From the IMG/VR virus record IMGVR_UViG_2609460219_000007: 44,629 nt of DNA; one strand, written 5' to 3'. Positions within the stretch are counted from its first letter, which is position 1. Every line of letters begins with the position of its first letter. Under the pieces are notes generated by a model. It was not told the origin of the DNA. It saw nothing but the letters and a program-made list of their open reading frames with translations, and ran no database searches. Source of the DNA: a virus. Lineage: Duplodnaviria; Heunggongvirae; Uroviricota; Caudoviricetes. Below, piece by piece: positions 35,407 through 44,629 of the stretch. A program made the translations under genes and the position numbers.

Positions 35407-37365
35407 ATGCAGGCANGTCACCAGAGTGACGCGGATATTTATATTTATGACGAGATTGGTTTCTGGGGTGTTACGGCGAAGCAGTTTATCAGTGATCTGA
35501 ATGCACTGGGCGATATCACCCACATTAATCTCCATATTAATTCACCGGGTGGCGATGTCTTTGAAGGCATCGCCATTTTTAATGCACTGAAAACACATGG
35601 TGCGTCTATTACCGTTTATGTCGACGGTGTGGCGGCGTCAATGGCGTCGGTCATTGCGATGGTGGGAAACCCGGTCATTATGCCGGAAAACTCCTTCATG
35701 ATGATTCATAAACCATTTGGCTTTACGGGCGGTGATGCGGAGGACATGCGCACCTATGCCGACCTGCTCGATAAAGTTGAGGCGGTTCTGTTACCCGCTT
35801 ATGCACAGAAAACCGGGAAAACCACCGATGAAATTGCTGCCATGCTGGCGGATGAGACCTGGATGTCCGGTGCCGAATGTCTGGCACAGGGATTTGCTGA
35901 TCAGGTGACACCAGCCGTTAAGGCAATGGCATGTATTCAGTCAAAACGTACAGAGGAATTTAAAAAGATGCCGGAATCCATTCGAAATATGATTACTCCG
36001 CCACGCAACAGTGCTCCACGCGTACAGGATGATGGACCTGCAGCCTCCCGGACGCCAGTGCAGGCAGCAGCACCCGTNGTGGATGAAAACAGCATCCGTG
36101 CGCAGGTCCTGGCAGAGCAAAAAGCGCGTGTAAACGGTATTAATGATCTGTTTGCCATGTTTGGCGGGCGTTATCAGTCGTTGCAGGCTCAGTGTCTTGC
36201 CGATCCTGAATGTTCGCTGGAGCAGGCCCGCGAAAAGCTGTTGAACGAGATGGGGCGCGAGTCCACGCCATCCAATAAAAATACCCCGGCTCATATTTAT
36301 GCCGGTAACGGTAATTTTGTGGGGGACGGGATCCGGCAGGCGCTGATGGCGCGCGCCGGGTTTGAAAAAACTGAACGTGATAATGTCTACAACGGGATGA
36401 CCCTGCGTGAATATGCCCGTATGTCACTGACTGAACGTGGTATTGGTGTTTCCAGTTATAACCCGATGCAGATGGTCGGTGCGGCGTTCACACACAGTAC
36501 GTCTGACTTCGGTAATATTCTGCTGGATGTTGCGAACAAAGCCATTCTGCAGGGCTGGGAAGATGCCCCTGAAACCTATGAACAGTGGACGCGGAAAGGT
36601 CAGTTGTCTGATTTTAAAATTGCCCATCGTGTGGGTATGGGGGGCTTCAGTGCTCTGCGTCAGGTGCGTGAAGGGGCAGAATATAAATACGTCACCACCG
36701 GAGATAAACAGGCCACTATTGCACTGGCGACCTATGGCGAGCTGTTCAGTATCACCCGTCAGGCCATTATCAATGATGATCTGAATATGCTGACCGATGT
36801 CCCGATGAAGCTGGGCCGTGCGGCGAAATCCACTATTGCCGATCTGGTTTATGCCATTCTGACGTCTAACCCGAAAATCTCCACAGATAATGTAAGTCTG
36901 TTCGATAAAGCGAAACATGCAAACGTACTGGAGAGCGCGGCAATGGACGTGGCATCGCTGGATAAAGCCCGCCAGTTGATGCGCGTTCAGAAAGAGGGTG
37001 AGCGTCATCTGAATATTCGTCCTGCGTTCGTACTGGTACCGACGGCGATGGAGTCTGTTGCTAACCAGGTCATTCGCTCCTCAAGTGTCAAGGGGGCTGA
37101 CATTAACGCCGGTATTATTAACCCGGTGAAAGATTTTGCGACCGTTATTGCAGAGCCTCGTCTTGATGATAACAGCCAGACCACCTTCTACATGGCTGCG
37201 TCCAAAGGCTCCGATACGATTGAAGTGGCTTATCTCAACGGTGTGGATACGCCATATATTGATCAGATGGAGGGCTTCAGTGTGGATGGCGTGACAACGA
37301 AAGTGCGTATTGACGCTGGTGTTGCGCCAGTTGATCACCGCGGCCTGGTGAAATGTACGGCGTAA
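35407..37365 (+). CDS. Prohead protease (ClpP-like) / scaffold / major capsid protein fusion
   Basis: 652-aa ORF; N-terminal ClpP-like protease motifs (INSPGGDVFEGIAI, VDGVAASMASV, MMIHKP), C-terminal HK97-fold-type capsid region; two N. Confidence 0.8.
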   Translation: MQAXHQSDADIYIYDEIGFWGVTAKQFISDLNALGDITHINLHINSPGGDVFEGIAIFNALKTHGASITVYVDGVAASMASVIAMVGNPVIMPENSFMMIHKPFGFTGGDAEDMRTYADLLDKVEAVLLPAYAQKTGKTTDEIAAMLADETWMSGAECLAQGFADQVTPAVKAMACIQSKRTEEFKKMPESIRNMITPPRNSAPRVQDDGPAASRTPVQAAAPXVDENSIRAQVLAEQKARVNGINDLFAMFGGRYQSLQAQCLADPECSLEQAREKLLNEMGRESTPSNKNTPAHIYAGNGNFVGDGIRQALMARAGFEKTERDNVYNGMTLREYARMSLTERGIGVSSYNPMQMVGAAFTHSTSDFGNILLDVANKAILQGWEDAPETYEQWTRKGQLSDFKIAHRVGMGGFSALRQVREGAEYKYVTTGDKQATIALATYGELFSITRQAIINDDLNMLTDVPMKLGRAAKSTIADLVYAILTSNPKISTDNVSLFDKAKHANVLESAAMDVASLDKARQLMRVQKEGERHLNIRPAFVLVPTAMESVANQVIRSSSVKGADINAGIINPVKDFATVIAEPRLDDNSQTTFYMAASKGSDTIEVAYLNGVDTPYIDQMEGFSVDGVTTKVRIDAGVAPVDHRGLVKCTA

Positions 37366-37389
37366 ACGTCGCAGACAACAACTCTGATG

Positions 37390-37408
37390 GCCCGTAAGGG
37401 CTTTTTTT
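37390..37408 (+). terminator. Intrinsic terminator after the capsid gene
   Basis: GCCC-GTAA-GGGC hairpin followed by TTTTTTTG. Confidence 0.55.
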
Positions 37409-37451
37409 GTACCTGAAATCAGCCCCTGAACGGGGCTGTGCGGAGACAGTT

Positions 37452-37775
37452 ATGGCAAAGAATTTTGTAGAAGAAGGAAAAACGGTGGCGATTGTTGCCA
37501 GTGCAGCCATCAGCAGCGGAGATCTGGTGCAGGTGGGTGATGTTTTTGCGGTGGCGCTGACCGATATTCCACAGGGAGAAACAGGCGACGGCATAACCGA
37601 AGGTGTGTTTATGCTGCCTAAGCTGAAAACGGATGACATGAAAACGGGTAAGAAGGTTTATCTGAAGTCAGGAAAAGTTCAGCTGACTAACAGCGGCTCT
37701 GATCCGCTGGTCGGGGTTGTCTNGGCAGATGCCGGAACCAGTGCAGAAGAAGTGCCGGTAAAACTCAATGTCTGA
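37452..37775 (+). CDS. Small head-associated protein (hypothetical)
   Basis: 107-aa ORF from MAKNFVEEGKTV... with GGAG RBS; one N. Confidence 0.45.
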   Translation: MAKNFVEEGKTVAIVASAAISSGDLVQVGDVFAVALTDIPQGETGDGITEGVFMLPKLKTDDMKTGKKVYLKSGKVQLTNSGSDPLVGVVXADAGTSAEEVPVKLNV

Positions 37776-38043
37776 TCCCTTTTCCCGGCTGGCAGCGCGT
37801 ATGGATGCGATCACGGTCAGAAAGATGGGAAAGACAGCCTCGATTAATGATGTCGATATGACTGTGATTCCGGGAGAAACACTGGCAGAGCTGAATGCTC
37901 TGTCCGGACCTGCGGTCTCTCTGGTGGTGTTTTCTTCGGGATACCGCCCACGGCGCGGGGATCGCGTTGTTTATGACGGACAACAATGGACGGTCACACG
38001 GCATGAACGTTTTAACGGTAAGCCAATGATCTTTATTGAGTAA
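37768..38043 (+). CDS. Putative head-tail connector protein
   Basis: 91-aa ORF in the head completion gene block. Confidence 0.45.
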   Translation: MSDPFSRLAARMDAITVRKMGKTASINDVDMTVIPGETLAELNALSGPAVSLVVFSSGYRPRRGDRVVYDGQQWTVTRHERFNGKPMIFIE

Positions 38044-38054
38044 AGAGGTGTGGG

Positions 38055-38633
38055 ATGAAGGGGCTTGAGAATGCCATCCGCAATCTGAACAGCCTTGATA
38101 CCCGTATGGTGCCACAGGCTAGCGCATGGGCGATAAACCGTGTGGCACAGAAAGCGGTCTCGGTTGCCACCCGGCAGGTTGCCGGGAATACCGTTGCGGG
38201 AGATAACCAGGTGAAAGGGATCCCCCTGAAACTGGTACGTCAGCGTGTCCGGGTGTTTAAAGCCAGTCCGTCAGGAAAAATGACGGCTAGGATCCGCGTT
38301 AACCGGGGCAATCTGCCCGCCATTAAGCTGGGGACAGCCCGGGTCAGACTGGCCCGGCGTGGTGGAAAACTGCAGTACCGTGGCAGTGTGCTGAAGGTGG
38401 GGAAATATCTTTTCCGGGATGCGTTTATTCAGCAACTGGCGAATGGTCGCTGGCATGTGATGCGACGTATTGATGGCAAAAATCGTTACCCCATTGATGT
38501 GGTGAAAATCCCGCTGTCCGGACCGCTGACACAGGCATTTGAAGATGCCCGCGACCACATCATTGCTGCGGAAATGCCGAAACAGCTGGGGTATGCACTG
38601 AAACAACAACTGAGGTTATGGCTGACCCGATGA
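38055..38633 (+). CDS. Tail completion protein (gpZ-like)
   Basis: 192-aa ORF, same length and position as lambda Z; overlaps the next gene by ATGA. Confidence 0.6.
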   Translation: MKGLENAIRNLNSLDTRMVPQASAWAINRVAQKAVSVATRQVAGNTVAGDNQVKGIPLKLVRQRVRVFKASPSGKMTARIRVNRGNLPAIKLGTARVRLARRGGKLQYRGSVLKVGKYLFRDAFIQQLANGRWHVMRRIDGKNRYPIDVVKIPLSGPLTQAFEDARDHIIAAEMPKQLGYALKQQLRLWLTR

Positions 38634-39031
38634 ACCGACATACACAAATCCGCCAGGCCGTACTGGCACGCCTTCGGGAACAGTGTGGAGACAGCGCCAC
38701 GTTTTTTGACGGGCTTCCGGCATTTATTGATGCGCAGGAACTGCCTGCCGTGGCGGTGTGGCTGAGTGATGCTCAGTACACCGGAAAAATGACGGATGAA
38801 GATGACTGGCAGGCTGTTCTGCATATTGCCGTCTTCATCCGGGCACAGGCACCGGATTCAGAGCTGGATATGTGGATGGAGAGCACCATTTTCCCTGCCC
38901 TGAATGATATACCGGCACTTTCCGGACTCATCGACACCCTGATCCCACTCGGTTTTAACTATCAACGTGATAATGAGATGGCCACCTGGGCGATGGCGGA
39001 AATCACGTACCAGATCACGTACACGAATTAA
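38630..39031 (+). CDS. Tail terminator (gpU-like)
   Basis: 133-aa product with ...ATFFDGLPAFIDAQELPAVAVWL...PDSELDMWMES...IPALS... closely paralleling recalled lambda U (...ATFFDGRPAVFDEADFPAVAVYL...PDSELDAWMES...IPALS...). Confidence 0.75.
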   Translation: MNRHTQIRQAVLARLREQCGDSATFFDGLPAFIDAQELPAVAVWLSDAQYTGKMTDEDDWQAVLHIAVFIRAQAPDSELDMWMESTIFPALNDIPALSGLIDTLIPLGFNYQRDNEMATWAMAEITYQITYTN

Positions 39032-39041
39032 GGAGGTGGTA

Positions 39042-39785
39042 ATGACCACACCAAATCCACTGGCAAAGACGAAAGGTGCGGGGACGACGTTCTGGATGTA
39101 TACCGGCAACGGCGATGCGTTTGCGAACCCTTTGTCGGACACTGACTGGCTGCGTCTTGCGATGGTGAAGGATCTGCAACCTGGCGAAATGACCGCTGAT
39201 GCAGAAGATGACACTTATCTCGATGATGAAGATGCAGACTGGAAAACGACAACCCAGGGGCAGAAATCCGTTGGTGATACTTCGGCGACGCTGGCCTGGC
39301 GTCCGGGTGACAGCGGGCAGAAAAAACTGGTTCAGTTGTTCGACTCCGGTGAAGTCTGCGCGTTTCGTATCAAATATCCCAACGGCACTGTTGATGTTTT
39401 CCGTGGCTGGCTGAGCTCACTGGGTAAAACCATTGCCTCAAAAGACGTGATGACCCGCACTGTGAAAATCAGCGGTGTGGGGCGTCCGTATCTGGCAGAG
39501 GAAGGCACTGAAACCGTGAGCGTTACCGGGCTGACAGTATCACCGTCGTCTGCCAGTGTAAAAGTGGGAGCAACCACCACGCTGACCTTTACAGTAAAAC
39601 CTGACGGAGCCAGTGACAAAGCGATCAGTGTGCATTCGTCAGATCCACAGACTGCCACGGTTACCCTGAACGGACTTGTGGCCACGGTAAAAGGCGTGAA
39701 GCAGGGCAGTGTCAGCATTGTGGGCATGANCGCTGACGGGAATTTTGTGGCTGTGACTGCGGTGACTGTCAGCGCAGCAGGTTAA
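39042..39785 (+). CDS. Major tail protein (gpV-like) with C-terminal Ig-like domain
   Basis: 247-aa product MTTPNPLAKTKGAGTTFWMYTGNGDAFANPLSDTDW...YLDDEDADW...NGTVDVFRGWLSS... matching recalled lambda V; AGGAGG RBS; one N. Confidence 0.85.
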   Translation: MTTPNPLAKTKGAGTTFWMYTGNGDAFANPLSDTDWLRLAMVKDLQPGEMTADAEDDTYLDDEDADWKTTTQGQKSVGDTSATLAWRPGDSGQKKLVQLFDSGEVCAFRIKYPNGTVDVFRGWLSSLGKTIASKDVMTRTVKISGVGRPYLAEEGTETVSVTGLTVSPSSASVKVGATTTLTFTVKPDGASDKAISVHSSDPQTATVTLNGLVATVKGVKQGSVSIVGMXADGNFVAVTAVTVSAAG

Positions 39786-39805
39786 CAGGACGATACTCAT
39801 CATTT

Positions 39806-39829
39806 GCCCCGGTTATTCGGGGCTTTTTT
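39806..39829 (+). terminator. Intrinsic terminator after the major tail gene
   Basis: GCCCCG-GTTATT-CGGGGC hairpin followed by TTTTTT. Confidence 0.7.
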
Positions 39830-39845
39830 GCAGGTGGAGAACATG

Positions 39846-40232
39846 ATGTTTCTGAAACAGGACACGTTTAATTATGAAAAACAGTCCGTGGTGCTCAGTG
39901 AGCTGTCCGGGCTGCAGAGAATTGAATATCTGACGTTTGTTCAGCAGCGAACGGCAAAGTTTGATGCCGGGGAGGGAGAACTGCCGGAGGCTGAACGACA
40001 GATTGCTTTTCTGCGGATGGGGATGGATATCAATGCCTGGCTGGTTTCCCGCTCACTGTGGAATGCGGATCAGTCTAAGGATGTAGAGACGCTTTGCGCA
40101 TCCGTTATTACAACATGGTCGTATGATGCCCTGGGTGCGGGGGCGGAGATGGTTCTGTCGCTGAGCGGTATGGGGGCCATTGAGAATGCCGGGGATTTGG
40201 AGCATGAGGTGCTGACGCCGGAAAAGTCCTGA
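39846..40232 (+). CDS. Tail assembly chaperone (gpG-like)
   Basis: 128-aa product from MFLKQDTFNYEKQSVVLSELSGLQRIEYL..., parallel to lambda G (MFLKTESFEHNGVTVTLSELSALQRIEHL...). Confidence 0.75.
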   Translation: MFLKQDTFNYEKQSVVLSELSGLQRIEYLTFVQQRTAKFDAGEGELPEAERQIAFLRMGMDINAWLVSRSLWNADQSKDVETLCASVITTWSYDALGAGAEMVLSLSGMGAIENAGDLEHEVLTPEKS

Positions 40233-40570
40233 CGCGGGAAATGCAGTTTGTCATGCGGCTTGCCCGGGAGTACCGGCGGGCAGACTGGCGGCGGATGCTG
40301 TCGGAAATGTCGGCCACTGAGCTTGGTGAGTGGGGCGATTATTTCCGGATGCAGAGCTTCAGTGATGTGTGGATGGATGCGCAGTTTGCCTCGCTGAAGG
40401 CATTGATCGTGAGAATGGTGTCCGGCAGCAGTGATGCTGCGGTGGCTGATTTCAGCCTTTTACCGGAAGTGAACGGGATACCGGAGCGAACGGACGAAGA
40501 ACTGATGCATCTTGGGGAAGGTATTTCCGGAGGTGTGCGTTATGGACCAGATAGCCAACCTGGTCATTGA
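40215..40570 (+). CDS. T portion of the G-T tail assembly chaperone (-1 programmed frameshift product)
   Basis: ORF in the -1 frame relative to G, open across the G stop, ending where the tape measure gene begins; slip site not canonical (CCGGAAAAG). Confidence 0.55.
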
Positions 40571-43500
40571 TTTGGGGATTGATGCGGCAGAGTTTAAAAA
40601 TGAAATTCCCCGTATCAAAAACCTTCTGAATGGTGCAGCCAGCGATGCAGAACGGTCTTCTGCCCGTATGCAGCGTTTTATGGAGCGTCAGACTCAGGCC
40701 GCCCGGCAGACAACGCAGGCAGCTTCTTCGGCTGCAACAGCCGCATCCGTCCATGCGCAGACGGTGGAGAAGAACGCACAGGCTCATGAACGCATGGCCC
40801 GCGAGGTGGAGAAAACCCGCCAGCGCATGGAGGCACTGAGCCAGAAAATGCGCGAGGAACAGGCGCAGGCCATGGATCTGGCGGAGGCTCAGGATAAAGC
40901 GGCTGCTGCGTTTTATCGTCAGATTGACAGTGTGAAACAGGCCAGTGCGGGGCTGCAGGAATTACAGCGTATTCAGCAGCAGATCCGACAGGCCAGAAAC
41001 AGTGGCGGGATTGGTCAGCAGGATTATCTGGCGCTGATTTCTGAGGTTACTGCGAAAACTCGTGTTCTTACACAGGCTGAGGACGAGGCTACCCGACAGA
41101 AAGTGGCGTTTATCCGTCAGCTTAAAGAGCAGGCAACCCGCCTGAATCTTTCATCTTCTGAGTTGCTTCGTGCTAAGGCAGCCCAGCTGGGGGTAAGCAG
41201 TGCTGCAGAAGTGTATATCCGCAAAATGGAGCAGGCAGGAAAAGCCACGCATTCGCTGGGTCTGAAAAGTGCAGCAGCCCGCCAGGAGATAGGCGTTCTG
41301 ATAGGTGAACTGGCCCGCGGCAATTTAGGGGCGCTGAGGGGATCCGGGATAACGCTGGCTAACCGTGCCGGATGGATAGACACACTGATGTCACCGAAAG
41401 GCATGATGCTTGGCGGGGTTATTGGCGGTATTGCCGCGGCCGTCTATGGTCTGGGTAAAGCCTGGTATGACGGTCAGAAGGAGGGGGAAGAATTTAACCG
41501 CCAGTTGTCGCTGACGGGGCATTATGCCGGAGTCACTGCCGGGCAGCTGTGGACGCTCAGTCGTGCTATTTCCGGGAATGGTATCACGCAACATGCTGCA
41601 GCCGGTGCGCTGGCTCAGGTGGTGGGGAGTGGTGCATTTCGTGGAAACGATATCGGTATGGTGGCGAGAGCTGCCGCACAGATGGAGCGATCGGTTGGCC
41701 AGTCGGTCAGCGATACCATAAATCAGTTTAAGCGGCTAAAAGATGATCCTGTAAATGCCGCGAAGGCTCTGGACAATGAGCTGCATTTTCTTACTGCCAC
41801 TCAGCTTGAGCAGATACGTGTCCTTGGGGATCAGGGACGGTCCAGTGATGCTGCACGGATAGCCATGTCTGCACTGGCAGAGGAAACCGGTCGGCGTACT
41901 GCGGATATTGATAATAACCTCAATGCGCTTGGCAGTACGCTGAAGTATCTGTCTGATTTGTGGAGTCGTTTCTGGGATGCGGCCATGAATATTGGTCGTG
42001 AAGACTCGCTGGATGAACAGATTGCCGCTTTACAGGAGAAAGTGTCGCGGGCGAAAAGACTCCCCTGGACGGCATCATCTTCTCAGGTTGAATACGATCA
42101 GCAGCGTCTTAACGATCTTCAGGAGAAAAAACGCCAGAAGGATTTGCAGGATGCAAAAGAGCAGGCAGAGCGGAATTATCAGGAGCAACAGAAACGACGT
42201 AATGCTGAAAATGCTGCACTGAACCGGATGAATGAAACGGAAGCAGCACGACATCAGCGTGAAATTGCGCGTATTAATTCCATGCAGTACGCCGATCAGG
42301 CTGTCAGGGATGCAGCGATACAACGTGAAAATGAACGTTACGAGAAAGCCCTGGCATCCGGTAAGAAAAAAACACGCGAAACCCGTAATGATGAGGCCAC
42401 CCGGTTATTGCTGCAGTACAGTCAGCAACAGGCACAGGTGGAAGGACAGATTGCTGCTGCAAGACAGTCAGCAGGCATTGCCACTGAAAAGATGACAGAA
42501 GCGCATAAACAGCTTCTGGCTCTGCAGCAGCGCATCAGCGATCTGGACGGGAAAAAACTGACGGCAGATGAAAAGAGTGTGCTGGCCCGTAAAGATGAAC
42601 TGATTCAGGCACTGACGCTGCTGGATGTAAAACAGCAGGAGCTTCAGAAACAGACGGCACTCAACGATCTGAAGAAAAAAACAATTCAGCTGACCAGTCA
42701 ACTGGCTGAAGAAGAGCGCGCTCAGCGTCAGCAACATGACCTGGATATCGCCACGGTGGGTATGGGTGATCAGCAGCGGCAGCGATATCAGGTACAACTG
42801 AGTCTTCGCCAGAAATACCAGCAACAGCTGGAGCAGTTGAGGCGGGATAGTGAGCAGAAAGGGACATATAACACGGATGACTACAGAAAGGCCGAGCAGG
42901 CGCTGACGGAGAGCCTGAACCGACAACTGAATGAGAATCGCCGTTACTGGCAACAGCTTGAAGTTGTGCAGGGTAACTGGAAAAACGGAGTCCTGCGTGC
43001 ATTTCAGGATTTTACCGTGGATGCAGACAATACGGCAGGAACAGCAGAACAGGTGTTCTCGTCAGCCTTCAGCAACATGGGAAATGGCCTGGCAACTTTT
43101 GTCACTACCGGCAAACTCAACTTCAAATCCTTCACCTCTTCGGTGCTGTCAGATATGGCGAAAATCCTGGCGCAGGCAACCATGATGAAATCGATAAAAG
43201 GGATTGGCAGTGTACTGGGATTTGATCTCAGCAGCCTTTCCCTGAATGCCAATNGGGGGATTTATCAGTCTGCTGATTTGAGTCGTTACAGTGGCACGGT
43301 GGTTAACCGTCCGACGTTTTTTGCTTTTGCAAAAGGCGCGGGTGTGATGGGGGAAGCTGGACCTGAAGCCATTCTGCCACTGCGTCGTGGTGCTGACGGT
43401 AAGCTGGGGGTTGTGGCGGATATTGGTGGTTCAGGTATGGCGATGTTTGCCCCGCAGTACAACATCGAGATCAATAACGATGGCACGAACGGGCAGATAG

Positions 43501-43607
43501 GTCCGGCTGCCCTGAAGGTGGTTTATGACCTTGGGAAAAAAGCAGCAGCGGACTTTATGCAACAGCAGGCCCGTGATGGTGGTCGGTTAAGTGGAGCATA
43601 TCGGTAA
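40542..43607 (+). CDS. Tail tape measure protein (gpH-like)
   Basis: About 1020-aa ORF, coiled-coil-rich, with C-terminal Gly-rich region; position after G-T; one N. Confidence 0.85.
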   Translation: MDQIANLVIDLGIDAAEFKNEIPRIKNLLNGAASDAERSSARMQRFMERQTQAARQTTQAASSAATAASVHAQTVEKNAQAHERMAREVEKTRQRMEALSQKMREEQAQAMDLAEAQDKAAAAFYRQIDSVKQASAGLQELQRIQQQIRQARNSGGIGQQDYLALISEVTAKTRVLTQAEDEATRQKVAFIRQLKEQATRLNLSSSELLRAKAAQLGVSSAAEVYIRKMEQAGKATHSLGLKSAAARQEIGVLIGELARGNLGALRGSGITLANRAGWIDTLMSPKGMMLGGVIGGIAAAVYGLGKAWYDGQKEGEEFNRQLSLTGHYAGVTAGQLWTLSRAISGNGITQHAAAGALAQVVGSGAFRGNDIGMVARAAAQMERSVGQSVSDTINQFKRLKDDPVNAAKALDNELHFLTATQLEQIRVLGDQGRSSDAARIAMSALAEETGRRTADIDNNLNALGSTLKYLSDLWSRFWDAAMNIGREDSLDEQIAALQEKVSRAKRLPWTASSSQVEYDQQRLNDLQEKKRQKDLQDAKEQAERNYQEQQKRRNAENAALNRMNETEAARHQREIARINSMQYADQAVRDAAIQRENERYEKALASGKKKTRETRNDEATRLLLQYSQQQAQVEGQIAAARQSAGIATEKMTEAHKQLLALQQRISDLDGKKLTADEKSVLARKDELIQALTLLDVKQQELQKQTALNDLKKKTIQLTSQLAEEERAQRQQHDLDIATVGMGDQQRQRYQVQLSLRQKYQQQLEQLRRDSEQKGTYNTDDYRKAEQALTESLNRQLNENRRYWQQLEVVQGNWKNGVLRAFQDFTVDADNTAGTAEQVFSSAFSNMGNGLATFVTTGKLNFKSFTSSVLSDMAKILAQATMMKSIKGIGSVLGFDLSSLSLNANXGIYQSADLSRYSGTVVNRPTFFAFAKGAGVMGEAGPEAILPLRRGADGKLGVVADIGGSGMAMFAPQYNIEINNDGTNGQIGPAALKVVYDLGKKAAADFMQQQARDGGRLSGAYR

Positions 43608-43936
43608 TGGAGACGTTTCACTGGAAAGTGCGCCCGGATATGAATGTGGTATCAGAGCCGAAAGTGGTGACAGTGAAGCTGGGCGATGGTTATGAACAGC
43701 GTCGTGCGGCGGGACTGAATAACCAGTTGTCGACTTACAGCGTGAAGATACGTGTTCGTAAATGTGAACACCCATCTTTAAAAGCCTTTCTGGAACGGCA
43801 CGGTGGCGTCCGCGCATTTCAGTGGACGCCACCTTATGACTGGAAGCCGATCAGGGTGGTTTGTCGTAAATGGTCGGCAAGCGTGGGGGCGTTGTGGGTA
43901 ACCATAACGGCAGATTTTGAACAGGTCGTGGCATAG
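43607..43936 (+). CDS. Minor tail protein M
   Basis: 109-aa product METFHWKVRPDMNVVSEPKVVTVKLGDGYEQRRAAGLN... matching recalled lambda M. Confidence 0.85.
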   Translation: METFHWKVRPDMNVVSEPKVVTVKLGDGYEQRRAAGLNNQLSTYSVKIRVRKCEHPSLKAFLERHGGVRAFQWTPPYDWKPIRVVCRKWSASVGALWVTITADFEQVVA

Positions 43937-43945
43937 GAGTCTCTG

Positions 43946-44629
43946 ATGCAGGATATTCCACAGGAAACACATCATGAGACGACACGCCTCACTCAGTCAG
44001 NCCAGGTGGTGCTCTGGGAAATCGATCTGACAGTGGTCGGTGGAGAACGTTATTTTTTCTGTAATGAGCAGAACGAAAAAGGTGAGCCGGTCACCTGGCA
44101 GGGGCGACAGTATCAGGCGTATCCCATTCAGGGGACGGGATTTGAGATGAACGGCAAAGGTGCCAGTGCAAGGCCAACGCTGAAAGTCTCTAATCTGCAC
44201 GGCATGGTCACCGGGATGGCGGAAGACCTGCAGAGTCTGGTCGGAGGAACGGTGGTCCGGCGTAAGGTTTACGCCCGTTTTCTGGATGCGGTGAACTTCG
44301 TCAACGGAAACAGTGACGCCGATCCGGAGCAGGAGGTGATCAGCCGCTGGCGTATTGAGCAGTGCAGCGAACTGAGCGCGGTCAGTGCCTCCTTTGTACT
44401 GTCCACGCCGACGGAAACGGACGGCGCTGTTTTTCCGGGGCGCATCATGCTTGCTAATACCTGCACCTGGACCTATCGCGGTGATGAGTGCGGTTATCAC
44501 GGTCCGGCGGTCGCGGATGAATATGACCAGCCGACAGCCGATATCACGAAGGATAAATGCAGCAAATGCCTGAGTGGCTGTAAGTTCCGCAATAATGTCG
44601 GCAACTTTGGCGGCTTCCTTTCCATTAAC
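43946..44629 (+). CDS. Minor tail protein L (3' end truncated by the window edge)
   Basis: Frame from ATG 43946 reads MQDIPQETHHETTRLTQS.PGGALWEIDLT...GERYFFCNEQNEKGEPVTWQGRQYQ..., matching recalled lambda L; no stop before the window end. Confidence 0.85.
   Translation, partial: MQDIPQETHHETTRLTQSXQVVLWEIDLTVVGGERYFFCNEQNEKGEPVTWQGRQYQAYPIQGTGFEMNGKGASARPTLKVSNLHGMVTGMAEDLQSLVGGTVVRRKVYARFLDAVNFVNGNSDADPEQEVISRWRIEQCSELSAVSASFVLSTPTETDGAVFPGRIMLANTCTWTYRGDECGYHGPAVADEYDQPTADITKDKCSKCLSGCKFRNNVGNFGGFLSIN

Overview
The window is a mosaic lambdoid prophage of the E. coli Qin/DLP12 type, read from its integrase end through early, replication, Q, lysis, packaging, head and tail genes; tail gene L runs off the 3' end. 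Landmarks recognised from the sequence: int-xis-exonuclease, ydfD-dicB-DicF sRNA, the dicA/dicC immunity switch, an iteron origin inside the replication initiator gene, a hokD-type toxin, rem, a ydfU-like DUF968 gene, Q with a tR'-like terminator, cspF/cspB/cspI morons, a phage-21-type holin/SAR endolysin/spanin cassette, a cos-like region, terS, terL, W, portal, a fused protease-capsid gene, Z, U, V, G/G-T, tape measure, M and L. Two accessory insertions stand out. (1) An AT-rich single gene for an FRG-domain protein sits where K-12 Qin carries relBE, next to hokD; it is a candidate anti-phage or abortive-infection gene. (2) A roughly 10.7 kb satellite-like element (P4-type integrase, AlpA, Bro-N, primase-helicase, own iteron origin) is inserted inside the prophage terL gene. 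It is flanked by a 7-bp direct repeat whose recombination would rebuild terL in frame, and it carries two cos-like copies, a TerS paralog and a paralog of the helper's protease-major capsid fusion. Scattered N bases, several in homopolymer runs, create apparent frameshifts that I treat as sequencing ambiguity. All calls are from reading the sequence and recalled family knowledge; no searches were run.
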